Assembly: GCA_036522335.1 (NCBI GenBank)
Contig: DATDGA010000192.1
Location: 1 to 39,527 of the forward strand
Length of the DNA stretch: 39,527 bases
From: Burkholderiales bacterium
Lineage (GTDB): Bacteria > Pseudomonadota > Gammaproteobacteria > Burkholderiales > SG8-39
Direction: 5' to 3'
How positions within the stretch are numbered: position 1 is the first letter of the stretch; each line of letters begins with the position of its first letter. This document shows, one piece after another, positions 1 through 10,770 of the stretch. The translations under genes were made by a program, and so were the position numbers. The notes under the pieces are model-generated. The model saw only the letters and a list, made by a program, of their open reading frames with translations. It searched no databases and was not told the DNA's origin.

Positions 1-23
1 GGTGCTGTAACTTTCCGTCGCCG

Positions 24-530
24 TTAAGCTGCGGGCTTCGCATCGGAGAGTCGCAAGGAAAATGTTCCACGCTCGTCGCGCGCCAGGCGCAGGAGCTTGC
101 CTTGCGGCACGACGAGGGTCGCGCCGACGTACTGCGCGGCGATCGGGAGCTGTCGCTCGCCGCGATCCACAAGCGCCGCGAGCTCGATCTTTCCGGGACG
201 TCCGTAGTCGAAGAGTTCGTTCATCGCGGCTCGCACGGTGCGCCCGGTGTAGAGCACGTCATCGACCACGATGATGTGCCTGCCGTTCACGTCGAACGGA
301 ATTTGAGAAGGCTTCACCTGGTGGTGCAGCCCCGTCGAGTCAAAATCGTCGCGGTAGAACGAAATGTCGAGCGCTCCCATGGGGGTCGCGAGCTTCAATT
401 CCCGGTGCGCGCGCTCGGCAAGCCAGGCACCGCCGGTGCGGATGCCGACCAGACCCGTGGAGTCGCTGACGCCGGAGCGCAGCTTGCGCACGAGCTCCTG
501 GCACAAGGTCTCAGCGTCGGGGAGATTCAT
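24..530 (-). CDS. pyrR: PyrR, bifunctional pyrimidine regulatory protein / uracil phosphoribosyltransferase
   Basis: Part of track ORF 24..710(-). The homologous part begins at the internal ATG at 530 ([14 protein letters not shown]...). It has the PRTase motif HIIVVDDVLYTGRTVRAA and is about 168 aa, typical of PyrR. The upstream 60 codons overlap ruvX and look non-coding. Confidence 0.9.
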   Translation of the reverse strand: MNLPDAETLCQELVRKLRSGVSDSTGLVGIRTGGAWLAERAHRELKLATPMGALDISFYRDDFDSTGLHHQVKPSQIPFDVNGRHIIVVDDVLYTGRTVRAAMNELFDYGRPGKIELAALVDRGERQLPIAAQYVGATLVVPQGKLLRLARDERGTFSLRLSDAKPAA

Positions 531-966
531 CGAGATAGCTCTGCAGGATGATTTTCGCTGCGATCGCGTGCACCTCCTGCTTATGCTTGCGACCGCCCCG
601 GCCGGCTTCCCGCAAGGTCGCCTCGGCCGAAACCGAGGACAGGCGCTCGTCGGCGAGTTCCACCGGAAGCCGGAAGCGCGCTTCAAGCTGCCGCGCGAAG
701 CGCCGCGCACGCTGCGTCACGGCGTGCTCGCCGCCGTCCATCGCCAGCGGCAACCCGACCACGAGCCGTTCGGGACGCCATTCGCGCAGGAGGGTCTCGA
801 CTTCCGACATTCGCCTGGCGCCGCTCCCGGCCTCGAACAATCCCAGGGGGTGGGCGAGCCGCGTTTCGGTGTCGCCCACGGCGACACCGATCCAGCGCGC
901 GCCGAAATCGAAAGCAAGTATGGTGTGGCCGGAGAGCTTCGACGTGACCACGGCCGTCTGGCTCAC
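511..966 (-). CDS. ruvX: Putative pre-16S rRNA nuclease / Holliday junction resolvase-like protein YqgF (RuvX)
   Basis: 151 aa with a YqgF-type N-terminus ([17 protein letters not shown]) and the ERLSSV..A motif. The GTG start overlaps the stop of the upstream yqgE gene (GTGA). Confidence 0.88.
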   Translation of the reverse strand: MSQTAVVTSKLSGHTILAFDFGARWIGVAVGDTETRLAHPLGLFEAGSGARRMSEVETLLREWRPERLVVGLPLAMDGGEHAVTQRARRFARQLEARFRLPVELADERLSSVSAEATLREAGRGGRKHKQEVHAIAAKIILQSYLDESPRR

Positions 967-1523
967 GCGTGCCCTGCCTCCTCGGACAGCGTGGCAAAGT
1001 CGAGGCCGAGCAGCTTCATCGCCGCGGGCAGGCGCTCTTCAGTCGGAGTGTCGAAAATGATCGCATCCCTCGCTTCGACCGTGAGCCAGGCGTTCTGCTT
1101 GATTTCGTTCTCGAGCTGTCCCGCCGCCCAACCCGCGTAACCCAGCGTGACGAGCATCTTGTGCGGGCCGCCGCCATGCCCGACGGCTTCCAGAATGTCC
1201 TTGGAGGTGGTAAGGCCCACCTTGTCGCGCACCGAGAGGGTGGATTGCCACTCGCCGAGCGGTTGGTGCAGGACAAAGCCGCGATCGGTCTGGACCGGCC
1301 CGCCGAAATATACCGGCTCGTTCACCAGAATCTGGGAGGTCAGCCGCAGGCTCAGGCGGTCGAACAGGGCGCCCAAGGTCATTTCGATCGGGCGGTTGAC
1401 CACCACTCCGAGCGCTCCCTGTTCGTTGTGTTCGCAGATGAACGTCAGGGTGCGGGAAAAATACGGATCGGCCATGTTGGGCATGGCGATCAGGAAATGG
1501 TTGGTGAGATTGACCTGGCCCAT
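963..1523 (-). CDS. yqgE: YqgE/AlgH family protein (UPF0301)
   Basis: The internal ATG at 1523 gives [45 protein letters not shown], the hallmark YqgE/AlgH N-terminus. Also has [13 protein letters not shown] and [11 protein letters not shown]. Conserved yqgE-ruvX-pyrR order. Confidence 0.9.
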   Translation of the reverse strand: MGQVNLTNHFLIAMPNMADPYFSRTLTFICEHNEQGALGVVVNRPIEMTLGALFDRLSLRLTSQILVNEPVYFGGPVQTDRGFVLHQPLGEWQSTLSVRDKVGLTTSKDILEAVGHGGGPHKMLVTLGYAGWAAGQLENEIKQNAWLTVEARDAIIFDTPTEERLPAAMKLLGLDFATLSEEAGHA

Positions 1524-1598
1524 GGCGGGAGTCTCTATTGTAGTCCCCGACGGAGTCACGCGCGAGCCGAGGCGCAAAGTCGAACGAGCGCACGGTTT

Positions 1599-4500
1599 TC
1601 AGGCGGCAGCCCGGCGCTCCCTGAGAAATCCGGATATTTTCTCGATCAGATCGTCTTCCTGATAGGGCTTGCCGAGGAAGTGACTGACGCCGATTTCTTT
1701 CGCGTAGTTCTGGTGCTTGTCGGCGGTGCGCGATGTGATCATGATGATCGGCACCCCGGCGAGGCGCTTGTCCGCCCGAACGTTACGCGTGAGATCGAAG
1801 CCGTCCATGCGCGGCATCTCGATGTCGACCAGCATCACGTCGGGAACGAGTTCCAGTAGTTTTTCCATCGCTTCGACGCCGTCGCGCGCAGTTACCACAA
1901 GATAACCGTGGCGCTCGAGCAGCCGCCCGGTGACTTTGCGCACTGTGAGCGAATCGTCGACCACCATGATCGTAGGTTGCGTCGCCGCGGCCTGCGGCTT
2001 GGGCGCCTCGTGGACGATGGCCGGACGGGCCGCGACCTCCTTCAGTGCAAGCAGCACCGGATTCAGGATGAGCACGATTTCGCCGGTGCCGAGCACCGTC
2101 GCTCCGGTGATGCCCGCGACCCGTTGCAGCTGCGGACCGATCGACTTCACCACGATTTCCTGGTTGCTGCCGACCATTTCGTCCACGTGCAGCGCGATGG
2201 AGTTGGTGCCGCTGCGCAAGTACAGCGTCGGGGAGAAGCGCTTCTGTTCCGCAACCGCCTCGGATATCCCGAGCAGGTGTGGAAGATAGTGGAACGGGTA
2301 GCGCCGGTCCTGCCACTCCGTCTGGCGCGAGGCATAAGCCGTGACCAGCTGCTCCTGTCTGAGTTGCAGCACCTGCTCGACCATCACGGAGGGAATCGCG
2401 TAGGTCCTGCTGCCCGCCCGCACCAGCACTGTCTGTGTCACCGCAAGCGTAAGAGGCAGGTAAATGGTGAAGCGAGTGCCCTGTCCGCGCGCGAAACGTA
2501 TCTCCACGCGTCCGCCGAGCGCGGCCACCTCGCTGCGCACGACGTCCATGCCGACGCCGCGCCCTGCGAGTTGGGTGATCTCGGTCGCGGTGGAAAATCC
2601 CGCCAGAAAAATGAAATCGGCGATTTCCGCCTCGGAGAGCGTGGCATCCGGCGCCATGAGGCCTTTTTCGATCGCTTTCTCGCGGATTCGGTCGATGTCC
2701 AGGCCCCCGCCGTCGTCGAACAACGCGAGCTGCACTTCGTTGCCTTCCTGCTTCAACTCGAGACGTATCTCGCCTATGTCAGGCTTGCCTGCGGTCCTGC
2801 GTTTCGCAGGCGCCTCGATGCCGTGCGTGACAGCGTTGCGCAGCAGGTGCTCGAATGGCCCGGTGATCCGCTCGAGCACCGATCGGTCGAGCTCGACCTG
2901 GGTGCCTTTGATGTCCAGATTCGCGCGCTTTCCGACTTCTTTTGCCGTCTGGCGCACAATGCGGTAGAGACGCTCCTGGAGGCTGCCGAACGGGACCATA
3001 CGCACGCGCATCAGGCCCTGCTGCAGGTCGCGATTCAGGCGCGCCTGTGCGAGAAGTGCCTTCTCCGTTTCGTCCACCGTATTGACGAGGTTCGCGTGTA
3101 CGGTCGATACGTCGCTCACGCTCTCCGCCATCAGCCGCGTCACTTCCTGGAAGCGGGTGAAGCGGTCGAATTCGAGCGGGTCGAACTCTCGCTGGGTTTC
3201 CCTGGCGAGTTCCTGGCGCGATTGCATCTGCGACTCTGCCTGGATTTCAATCTCGCGCAACTGCGCGCGCAAGCGCACGACGTTGTCGGTGAGTTCCTGC
3301 ATGGCCGCCTTGAGCGCGCGCATTTCGCCTTCGATCCGGCTGCGCGCAATGGCGACTTCGCCCGCTTCGTTGACCAGACGGTCGACGACGTCCGCGCGCA
3401 CGCGCAACAGCGCCTTTGGCTGGACTTCGCGCTCTGCGGGAAGGACCACTTTCACCGCGGGTGCCGGTGCGGCAGGCCCCGCAGGAGCGAGCGCCGCTTC
3501 GGACGTCGTGGACGGGCCTTCGCCGACGGCGGCCGTTCGTATCCCGGGTATCGCCATCGGGGCCAGGGTTTCTTCCAGCCCGCGGGGCTTCTGCAGCTCC
3601 TCGAACAAATAGCCCATGCGGTCCCACGACGTCTCCAGCTCTCCAAACAGACTCGCGGGCAGAATCTTCACCGACATGGCGCTTTCGACGCGTGTCTCCA
3701 TGTGGTGAGTGAGCTCGCCCAGCGCCATGGCTCCGGCCATGCGCGCGCTTCCTTTCAAGGTATGCAGCACCCGCTGCAGCGCCTGGCCGAGGGCGGGATT
3801 GTCCGGATTGTCGCGCCAGTCGCGCATCGCAGCCCCTACCGAGGGAACGAGCTCGTGGGCCTCGTCGATGAAGATCTGCAACAGCTCCGGATCGAGGTCG
3901 TCGTCCAGGCGCCGTTGTCGGCGCTCGAGCGTAAGATCCAGATCGAGGTCGTCCAGGGGGCTGTCGGCAGGCTCGGTTGCAGAGAATTCCTCGGCGGCAC
4001 CGATGTCCGCTTCACGGGAACGCCCGGACGGAGCACGAGCCAGATCTGCATCAGGCGCCGATTCCCGCGGAGTGCCCGCTTGCTCCCCGATGTGTTCGAG
4101 CCGCGCAACCAGCTCGGGGACCGCGCGCGGAACGCGCAATTCGATCACGTCTGTAACCATGGTCTCGATCGTGTCGATTGCTTCTCCGACCAGCGACTGT
4201 TCCTCTTCGGAAAGCTCGCTGGTAGCCAACTTTTGCAGCGCCTTCTCAAGCGCAAAGCCCAGATCCGAGAGGGTCGAGATCTTCACGGTCCCCGCGGTAC
4301 CCGCAAGCGTGTGAACGGCGCGCAGTAGCGCATCGCTCACTACACCATGCTGGCGCAGGGTCTCGTGTTCTTCTCTGATTGCGGCGACGTGCGCTCGGGC
4401 TTCGCCGACAAAAATGGTGAACAGAGTGGTCGAGACCCGGTGCATACCGAGCTGGATAAATTCCTCCGGTTCTCGCGATCCGCCCGAAACCGGTAGGGGC

Positions 4501-6992
4501 GGTTCGGCCGTTGCGAGGCTTTCAGGTGCCGCGATGGGTTCGACCGCACCGACCATAGGAGTCGCGACCGGAGCAAGGGGTGCCGGGGTATCGCCGCGCC
4601 GTACGCCCTCTGCAGCGACCACGAGCGCGCGCTCGTCGCTCGATACTCCGCCTTCTTTGAGGCTCTTAACGTTTTCGGAAAAATACCCATGCGCCAGCTC
4701 GATCAATTCCAGGAGGCCCGGTGTCGCGGTGCGTTCCTCCTGCACCCAAATATTCATCGTCTGCTCTACCGCCCAGGCGGCATCGCCGAGGCGCATCAGA
4801 CCCACCATACGACCGCTCCCCTTCAAGGTATGGAAGCCGCGTCGGATAGTCGTGAGTGTTTCCCGGTTGGCGTGTTGCTCGCGAAGCGTACTTAAGTTCT
4901 CGCGGATGGTCGCCAGCACTTCGTCGGACTCTTCCAGGTAAACGCCGAGCAACTCGGCGTCGATCGTCTCGGCGCTTGCGTCGATGAGCTTGACAGTCTC
5001 CGGGGAGGGAGCCGGTGTCGTCGTGGCCGTGATTCTTTCCATCGCATCCTTGAGGAAAGGAGTCAATGGCATGGTGCTCGTCTTGTCGAGTGCCTTGAGG
5101 GCTTCCTCAGTCGAAGTCTCGAGTTTCTGGTCGGCGACTAAGCCGGCATCTTTCTGCAAGCTCTCGAGGTTCTTCTGCAGTTCTGCCCGCAGCGTTCCGT
5201 CCTCGGGCTTTCTCTTCCATTCCTCATACAAGCTCGCGGTTTCCCGCTGTTGCTCGACGATATGATCCTCGACGCTCTCCGCTGGCTGAGCGAGATCGGC
5301 TTCTTCTTTTTGGGCAGCCGCGATCGGCTGCATGGCAGCGTCGAAATCCGCGTTGCCGTGCGGCAGCGCTTCGATGTAGAAACCCAGACCCGACAGAGTC
5401 TGTGCGACGCGTTCAAAATCCTGTGGGTCGGCGCTGTAGGAATCACTGGAAAAGCGGTTGATCTCTTCTTCCGCAGCGCCGAGAGTCGTGCGCGCGCGTT
5501 CCTCCCCCAGCATCGCGAGCGCCCCGAGCAGCTGCCGCAATGGCTTGTCGAGCGACTTTAGCTCCTCGCGCCTCACCGGGTCGCGGAAAAATCCATCGAG
5601 CACCTGTTCGATGGTTCTTAGATTGGCCTGCATTTCCGAGACAACCTGGTTCATGAGCAGTCGTCCCTGCGCCTTGCGCGACATTTCGTCGAGCAAGGGG
5701 ATTACCGGTGCCGTCCGTCTGAGCTTACCGAGCATGCTGTCTTTCAGGCGCGAACACAGAAGCTGCGCCTGCTGGGTAAACTCTCCGGAGAGACTTGCGA
5801 AACCCAAAAGGGCATTTTCGAGCAGCAGAAGCACCGTCGCGACTTCGAGCGCGACCGCTTCGCTCATCTTTTCTCGGTCCGACGTAAGTCCGGCGGCGAG
5901 CACGGCGACCTCGTACGTAAGCGCCGACAGGTCCACATTGCCGAGTTGCACGGCGCTTTCCTTGAGCGCGGCGGCGCTATCGCGAAAAGCGAGCAGCGAT
6001 TGCGAATTGCCGGAAGCAAACTTGTCCCAGGCGTCCTTTGCATGACTCAAGTGCTCGCGCGCCGATTTCAGTTCCGGGATTTCCTCACCGGTACCACCAT
6101 CGCGCTCGGCCGCTGGGATAGTCTGGCCCAGATGATAGGTTTCCTGGACTTCGCGCACGCGCTCGGTCGCTGGTTCGGCGCGAGCCACATAATAGAGAAC
6201 TTCGCGCATCAATCGCTCGGCGACGCTCGGCGTGCCTTCAACCAGCCGCTTGATCTGCTGCTCGATACGATTGCACAACGGCTTGGTATCCAGGCCCTGG
6301 GGCAAAGCCTTGTGCGCAAGCGCGTCGAAGAAGGCGAGCGAAACCCACCAGAAGGCACGCTGCGAAGTGGGACCTTGCGCGGCTTCGATCGCTTCGATGG
6401 CGGCGCGCATGTCCTCGGCTCCGCCGGCATCGTTCTTGATCCACTTGAGAAGTCCACGTTGGTAGCGGCCGCGCTGCTCGCGCGCTTGTTTCTCCGCTTC
6501 GCCCGCCGTCAATGGGGTCTGAATCTTGTCGCGCTTGGGCGGGCGGAATGACAGATCCGGGTAGTAGAGATCGGTCGGGTCGGCCTGCCCGCCCCGCGCC
6601 GTGACGACATCGCGATACAGCGTATAGAGTCTGAGGGGCTGATTGGGGTTGCCCGCCATCAGCTGATCGAGGTATGCGAGGATGCCGTTCAGCGCACGCT
6701 CGGCGAGCCTGAAGATCTCGGCCTTCCTGGGCGAGGCCTCCTTTTCCATCCCCGCAAGAAGGCTTTCGATCTCCTCGGAAAGGCGCGTGATGCCGTCCAG
6801 CCCGACGATCGAGAGCGCCCCGTGCGCCTGGTGCAGGTGCGATTGGCTCGACCTGAGCTGCGCGGCGTCTGCGCTGTTCGCCGCGAAGGCCCGGAGCGCT
6901 TCCTGGGCTCGCTGGATAGCGTGGTCGATCTCGCCTTTGACCCACGAGAGCGGACCGACGTCGAATTCGGCGCGTGCGGTCATTGCTGCCAA
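1599..6992 (-). CDS. chpA: ChpA/PilL hybrid CheA-type histidine kinase of the type IV pilus chemosensory system (multi-Hpt, kinase core, CheW-like domain, C-terminal receiver)
   Basis: 1797-aa ORF. Hpt-type motifs: HQAHGALSIVG, FHTLKGSGRMVG, VHTLAGTAGTV, LHTLKGSARMAG. ATPase boxes: HLLRNAVTHGIE, DDGGGLD, GRGVGMDVV. CheW-like segment present. Receiver: IMVVDDSLTVRK...MLVDIEMPRMDG...LGKP. Lies directly after pilJ. The start is either TTG at 6992 (AGGGGA 8 nt upstream) or ATG at 6983. Confidence 0.93.
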   Translation of the reverse strand: MAAMTARAEFDVGPLSWVKGEIDHAIQRAQEALRAFAANSADAAQLRSSQSHLHQAHGALSIVGLDGITRLSEEIESLLAGMEKEASPRKAEIFRLAERALNGILAYLDQLMAGNPNQPLRLYTLYRDVVTARGGQADPTDLYYPDLSFRPPKRDKIQTPLTAGEAEKQAREQRGRYQRGLLKWIKNDAGGAEDMRAAIEAIEAAQGPTSQRAFWWVSLAFFDALAHKALPQGLDTKPLCNRIEQQIKRLVEGTPSVAERLMREVLYYVARAEPATERVREVQETYHLGQTIPAAERDGGTGEEIPELKSAREHLSHAKDAWDKFASGNSQSLLAFRDSAAALKESAVQLGNVDLSALTYEVAVLAAGLTSDREKMSEAVALEVATVLLLLENALLGFASLSGEFTQQAQLLCSRLKDSMLGKLRRTAPVIPLLDEMSRKAQGRLLMNQVVSEMQANLRTIEQVLDGFFRDPVRREELKSLDKPLRQLLGALAMLGEERARTTLGAAEEEINRFSSDSYSADPQDFERVAQTLSGLGFYIEALPHGNADFDAAMQPIAAAQKEEADLAQPAESVEDHIVEQQRETASLYEEWKRKPEDGTLRAELQKNLESLQKDAGLVADQKLETSTEEALKALDKTSTMPLTPFLKDAMERITATTTPAPSPETVKLIDASAETIDAELLGVYLEESDEVLATIRENLSTLREQHANRETLTTIRRGFHTLKGSGRMVGLMRLGDAAWAVEQTMNIWVQEERTATPGLLELIELAHGYFSENVKSLKEGGVSSDERALVVAAEGVRRGDTPAPLAPVATPMVGAVEPIAAPESLATAEPPLPVSGGSREPEEFIQLGMHRVSTTLFTIFVGEARAHVAAIREEHETLRQHGVVSDALLRAVHTLAGTAGTVKISTLSDLGFALEKALQKLATSELSEEEQSLVGEAIDTIETMVTDVIELRVPRAVPELVARLEHIGEQAGTPRESAPDADLARAPSGRSREADIGAAEEFSATEPADSPLDDLDLDLTLERRQRRLDDDLDPELLQIFIDEAHELVPSVGAAMRDWRDNPDNPALGQALQRVLHTLKGSARMAGAMALGELTHHMETRVESAMSVKILPASLFGELETSWDRMGYLFEELQKPRGLEETLAPMAIPGIRTAAVGEGPSTTSEAALAPAGPAAPAPAVKVVLPAEREVQPKALLRVRADVVDRLVNEAGEVAIARSRIEGEMRALKAAMQELTDNVVRLRAQLREIEIQAESQMQSRQELARETQREFDPLEFDRFTRFQEVTRLMAESVSDVSTVHANLVNTVDETEKALLAQARLNRDLQQGLMRVRMVPFGSLQERLYRIVRQTAKEVGKRANLDIKGTQVELDRSVLERITGPFEHLLRNAVTHGIEAPAKRRTAGKPDIGEIRLELKQEGNEVQLALFDDGGGLDIDRIREKAIEKGLMAPDATLSEAEIADFIFLAGFSTATEITQLAGRGVGMDVVRSEVAALGGRVEIRFARGQGTRFTIYLPLTLAVTQTVLVRAGSRTYAIPSVMVEQVLQLRQEQLVTAYASRQTEWQDRRYPFHYLPHLLGISEAVAEQKRFSPTLYLRSGTNSIALHVDEMVGSNQEIVVKSIGPQLQRVAGITGATVLGTGEIVLILNPVLLALKEVAARPAIVHEAPKPQAAATQPTIMVVDDSLTVRKVTGRLLERHGYLVVTARDGVEAMEKLLELVPDVMLVDIEMPRMDGFDLTRNVRADKRLAGVPIIMITSRTADKHQNYAKEIGVSHFLGKPYQEDDLIEKISGFLRERRAAA

Positions 6993-7007
6993 TCTAATCG
7001 TCCCCTA

Positions 7008-9203
7008 TCACGCAATCTTGAAGCCCGATACCGACCCTTTCAGCTCCTTGGCAAGCTCGGCAAGCTGGCCGATGGACACCGCGGTGCGTTTGGTGCCTTC
7101 GGTGGTCTGCTGAGTGATGTTGAGGATGTCCTGCATGCTGGTCGCCACGTCGTTCGCGGATTGAGCCTGCTGTTCGGTGGTCGTCGTGATGCCTTCGATC
7201 AGCTGCGCAAGCTGCTGTGACACCGTCCCGATCTCCGAAAGTGCTTGGCCCGCAGCGTCAGAGAGCTTCGCACCTTCGACCACGCCTTGGGTGCTTTTCT
7301 CCATCGCCGAGACCGCATCCTGCGTGTCCGTCTGAATGGTCTTCACGATCGCACCGATCTGCTTGGTTGCCTCGGCCGAGCGCTCTGCGAGCCGCTGCAC
7401 TTCTTCCGCCACGACCGTGAAGCCGCGCCCCGCTTCCCCTGCGGAAGCCGCCTGGATCGCGGCGTTCAGAGCAAGCACGTTGGTCTGTTCGGTAATGTCC
7501 GAGATCAGCTCCACGATCTCGCCGATTTCCTGCGAGGATTCGCCCAGGCGTTTGATGCGCTTGGACGTTTCCTGGATCTGCTCGCGGATTTCGTTCATGC
7601 CCGAGATCGAGTTCTGCACTGCCTGCGTGCCTTTTTGCGCGGCCGCAAGTGATTGACGCGCCACGCCTGCTGACCGCGAGGCACTCACCGACATCTCGTT
7701 CATCGCCCTTGCCATGCTCAGAACCGAGGCACTTGTCTGGCGAATCTCGACCGACTGCTTTTCCGCGGCTGCGAGCAGCTGCGCGGAGGTCTGCTGGGCG
7801 GACTCCGTGGCGGTCGTTACCTGCGCAGCGGTGGCGTTGATACGACCGACGAGGCCTCTGAGCTCGTCGATGGTGAAGTTCACAGAGTCGGCAATGGCAC
7901 CGGTGATTTCCTCGGTCACCGTCGCTTTGACCGTGAGGTCGCCTTCAGCGAGGTTCCCCATTTCGTTCATCAGCCGCAGAATCGCGTCCTGGTTCGATCG
8001 ATTGGTGCGCTCGGTCTCGGCGCGCTGGCGCTCCGCTTCATCGGCGCGTCGGCTGGTGTCGCCGAGGTACACCAGCACGAGAAGCGCGATGACGCCGATG
8101 CCGAGCAGGATTACCACGGCAAGCACGATGAAGTTGGTAGTGCGCCCGCCGAGTTCCTCTTCGTAGGCGTCGGCGAGTTTTTGGGACGCCGCGAGCAGTG
8201 CTTCGGAGTCGTCTACGACCTTGCGTCCCGCCTGCTTGGCATTCACCAATGACTGCAGGTTACCGAGAATCGACGCCACCGCACCCTGGAACTCCTGGAA
8301 GGCCTTCTCGAGCTCGCCAAGCTTGGCCTGCTGCTCGGGGTCCTTCGCCGCGGTGACGCGAAGCACCTCACTGCCCTTCATAAGGCCCTGGAGCACTTCG
8401 CGAAAGCTGGTGGTGTCTTTCCCCATAAGAAAGGCCACTTCCGGGTCGATCACATCGGCACCAAGCATGGCGTTCGCGTTCCGCGCAAGCCGCTGTGTCA
8501 ACATGACTAGCTGGCCGGAGAGGGACACCTCCCGCGCTGATGCCTGGGATTGCAGCTTGAGCGCCTGAACCTGCTCCGCGAGGTCAAGCAGCACCGGGTT
8601 ATTGGTGTTGATCGAGCGAACCGCCGAGGCAAGTCCAATAAGGTTCTTGGCTTCCGTGAGCACCAACTGCGAGCTGCGGTCGGTCTTCTCCCATTCCTTG
8701 GTCAACGCATCGAGCTTGGGCTTCACAGAATCGGAGGTCGGGGGCAGGGAAACGTCACCCGCCTGCCCGCCTTGGGTGAGCAGTTTCAGGGCCGTGATGA
8801 ACTCGTCCCGAGACTGTTGCAACTGCTTGAACGCTTCGGGGCTACCGATGAGCCCTGTTTGCGCCGCCTTCGCGATGCGCTGGCTCAACATGCGCATTTG
8901 CGCGGAGGTGGAAACGTAGATCGTTCCGAAAGTGGCCTCGCGGTTGTCCTTGAACACGATCAACGCGGCGACGATGAACAGGACCGCAAAGATCGCACCA
9001 AGAATCGTGTACTGCTGGCCGACCCGGATCGCGCCCAAGCCGATCATCCGCCGCTTCGGCCCCTCAATGACCGTGGTCGGACCGGGCACGGGTTTGTTGC
9101 CCACAATCCGCGGTGCAGCCTTCGGTACCGCTCTTGGAGCCTGCGGCATAGAAGCTGCATCCCTTTTGGTTCCCATCTTGACCGGCAGTTTGATAAACGC
9201 CAT
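7008..9203 (-). CDS. pilJ: PilJ, methyl-accepting chemotaxis protein of the Pil-Chp system
   Basis: 731 aa. Has a TM segment followed by a PilJ-type periplasmic region, a second TM/HAMP, and the conserved MCP signalling hairpin [45 protein letters not shown] Shine-Dalgarno precedes the ATG at 9203. Confidence 0.93.
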   Translation of the reverse strand: MAFIKLPVKMGTKRDAASMPQAPRAVPKAAPRIVGNKPVPGPTTVIEGPKRRMIGLGAIRVGQQYTILGAIFAVLFIVAALIVFKDNREATFGTIYVSTSAQMRMLSQRIAKAAQTGLIGSPEAFKQLQQSRDEFITALKLLTQGGQAGDVSLPPTSDSVKPKLDALTKEWEKTDRSSQLVLTEAKNLIGLASAVRSINTNNPVLLDLAEQVQALKLQSQASAREVSLSGQLVMLTQRLARNANAMLGADVIDPEVAFLMGKDTTSFREVLQGLMKGSEVLRVTAAKDPEQQAKLGELEKAFQEFQGAVASILGNLQSLVNAKQAGRKVVDDSEALLAASQKLADAYEEELGGRTTNFIVLAVVILLGIGVIALLVLVYLGDTSRRADEAERQRAETERTNRSNQDAILRLMNEMGNLAEGDLTVKATVTEEITGAIADSVNFTIDELRGLVGRINATAAQVTTATESAQQTSAQLLAAAEKQSVEIRQTSASVLSMARAMNEMSVSASRSAGVARQSLAAAQKGTQAVQNSISGMNEIREQIQETSKRIKRLGESSQEIGEIVELISDITEQTNVLALNAAIQAASAGEAGRGFTVVAEEVQRLAERSAEATKQIGAIVKTIQTDTQDAVSAMEKSTQGVVEGAKLSDAAGQALSEIGTVSQQLAQLIEGITTTTEQQAQSANDVATSMQDILNITQQTTEGTKRTAVSIGQLAELAKELKGSVSGFKIA

Positions 9204-9239
9204 TAGTCCCTCCTGTGTTCGGGTTACCGTCGATGCGCG

Positions 9240-9749
9240 TTACGCACCGACATGAAGAAAATCATCGTGCGAGACGAGGGCGCCGACGTTCAGCTCTTGC
9301 CACAGACGGCCATCCTCGTCGCGATACGCGGCACCGATCCAAGACCGATCGGTCGCTTCCTCCGTCGCCTGCATGGTCTGCACGTTCTTCAGCCCGAGCA
9401 TGCGACTGATCACCAGTCCGCTGAACGACTGGAAACGCTCGGTGATCAGCAGCAAGCGGCAATCGGGTGTACGCACCGTCTGCTCCCCCCCCATGAACGC
9501 TGCAAAATCCACCACGCTCGCGAGCACTCCACGGATATTCGCCAAGCCCAGATACCAGGGCTTGGTAAGCGGAACACCCGAGATCTCCGGCAGGGGCAGC
9601 ATCTCGCCGGCGTCGTCGAGCTTGAGCAGCCAGTTACGGCTGCCAGCCTGCACGCCCAAGCGCGAGGTGGGCTCGGCTTCGGCTTGGGCCTCGCGCAACC
9701 TCTGCGCGAGGCCCTGCTGAAATTCACGCAAACTGATCTGTCTTGCCAT
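9240..9749 (-). CDS. pilI: PilI, CheW-like coupling protein
   Basis: 169-aa single CheW-type domain (LPLPEISGVPLTKPWYLGLANIRGVLASVVDF; LLLITE...GLVISRMLG). Positioned between pilH and pilJ. Confidence 0.85.
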   Translation of the reverse strand: MARQISLREFQQGLAQRLREAQAEAEPTSRLGVQAGSRNWLLKLDDAGEMLPLPEISGVPLTKPWYLGLANIRGVLASVVDFAAFMGGEQTVRTPDCRLLLITERFQSFSGLVISRMLGLKNVQTMQATEEATDRSWIGAAYRDEDGRLWQELNVGALVSHDDFLHVGA

Positions 9750-9766
9750 GACTCAGTCGCCGGCTG

Positions 9767-10132
9767 CTATTTGATCGCAGCGATCTTTGCCAGCAATTCC
9801 TTGGCGTCGATCGGCTTCATCAGGTAATCCTTCGCGCCTTGGCGCATACCCCAGACGCGATCGGTTTCCTGGTTCTTGCTCGTCACAACTATGACTGGTA
9901 TGTGCTTGGTCGCCTCGTCGCGGGTAATAGCGCGTGTCGCCTGAAAACCGTTGGTGCCCGGCATCACCACATCCATTAGGATGAGATCGGGCTTTTCCGA
10001 CTTCGACTTCACGATCGCCTCGTCGCCATTTTCCGCTGTCACGCACTGGTAGCCCTGCTTGGACAGCGTCTCCATGAAAAACTGCCGGTCGGTCGGCGAA
10101 TCATCGACGATCAGGATCTTCTTTACGGCCAT
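9767..10132 (-). CDS. pilH: PilH, CheY-like single-domain response regulator
   Basis: The ATG at 10132 is preceded by TAAGGAGG. Receiver motifs: KILIVDDSPTDR, LILMDVVMPGTNG, VTSK, YLMKP. 121 aa. Confidence 0.9.
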   Translation of the reverse strand: MAVKKILIVDDSPTDRQFFMETLSKQGYQCVTAENGDEAIVKSKSEKPDLILMDVVMPGTNGFQATRAITRDEATKHIPVIVVTSKNQETDRVWGMRQGAKDYLMKPIDAKELLAKIAAIK

Positions 10133-10142
10133 GGCAACCTCC

Positions 10143-10538
10143 TTAGGTACGAACAGGCGCATGTGCGCCTGCGGTTTTCAAAAGACTGTCCTTCGTAAAA
10201 GGCTTGGTCAGATACTCGTCCGAGCCCACCATTCGGCCGCGCGCCCGGTCGAACAAGCCGTCCTTGGAGGACAGCATGATCACCGGCGTGGTGGCGAAGC
10301 GCGTGTTTTTCTTGATCAGCGCGCAGGTCTGATATCCGTCCAAACGCGGCATCATGATGTCCACGAAGACTATGTCGGGTTGATGGTCGGTGATCTTGGC
10401 GAGCGCATCGAAACCATCCTCGGCGAGTATCACCTTGCAACCTGCCTGAACCAGGAAGATCTCGGCGCTGCGGCGGATAGTGTTCGAATCGTCGATCACC
10501 ATGACTTTGACGCCGGCAAGATTCGCGGTTTCGCCCAC
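10143..10538 (-). CDS. pilG: PilG, CheY-like response regulator of twitching motility
   Basis: VMVIDDSNTIRRSAE...DGFDALAKI...IVFVDIMMPRLDGYQTCALIKKN...TPVIMLSSKDGLFDRARGRMVGSDEYLTKPF matches PilG almost residue-for-residue as I remember it. I chose the GTG start at 10538 because GGAGG lies 8 nt upstream. The track ORF start at 10727 is an over-extension. Confidence 0.9.
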   Translation of the reverse strand: MGETANLAGVKVMVIDDSNTIRRSAEIFLVQAGCKVILAEDGFDALAKITDHQPDIVFVDIMMPRLDGYQTCALIKKNTRFATTPVIMLSSKDGLFDRARGRMVGSDEYLTKPFTKDSLLKTAGAHAPVRT

Positions 10539-10770
10539 GCGCTCAACCTCCACAAGTTTCGTTGTCGCTTCTTCCGACGGTTTCGTCGGACCCCTCCCTA
10601 TAGCGGCGGCTCGGCACAACCTTCTAAGGCTTATTACACTATACAACCAAATCCAGTTAAAACAAAGCCTTGTGCGGCGTCTTTCAGAAGCGTCATCAGG
10701 ATCAGCCAAAGACCACCCCAATGCCACACTTGGACGCCCCGCCCGATAAAGCAGGGTGCGTGCCTGAAAA

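Noticed and set aside
24-710. N-terminally extended versions of pyrR (24..710), yqgE (963..1577), pilG (10143..10727), thiE (11612..12514), hemL (12525..13892), acyltransferase (26761..27726), GST (28962..29720) and the PhtD-like gene (30971..32269)
   Set aside because: Homology begins at internal start codons. Several of these have good Shine-Dalgarno sequences (for example GGAGG before pilG GTG 10538 and AAGGAG before GTG 29636 and GTG 31963). The extensions overlap neighbouring genes or lack any motif.
1908-4328. 806-aa plus-strand ORF, with many other 100-480-aa ORFs such as 22333..23451(-), 31803..33080(-), 36036..37421(-), 37495..38940(+) and 37805..38860(-)
   Set aside because: All lie antisense to, or out of frame with, genes that have strong family signatures (chpA, accBC, trypsin-PDZ, Bug/NMT1). 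Their translations are Arg/Gly/Ala/Pro-rich with no motifs. This is typical of stop-codon-poor alternative frames in high-GC DNA.
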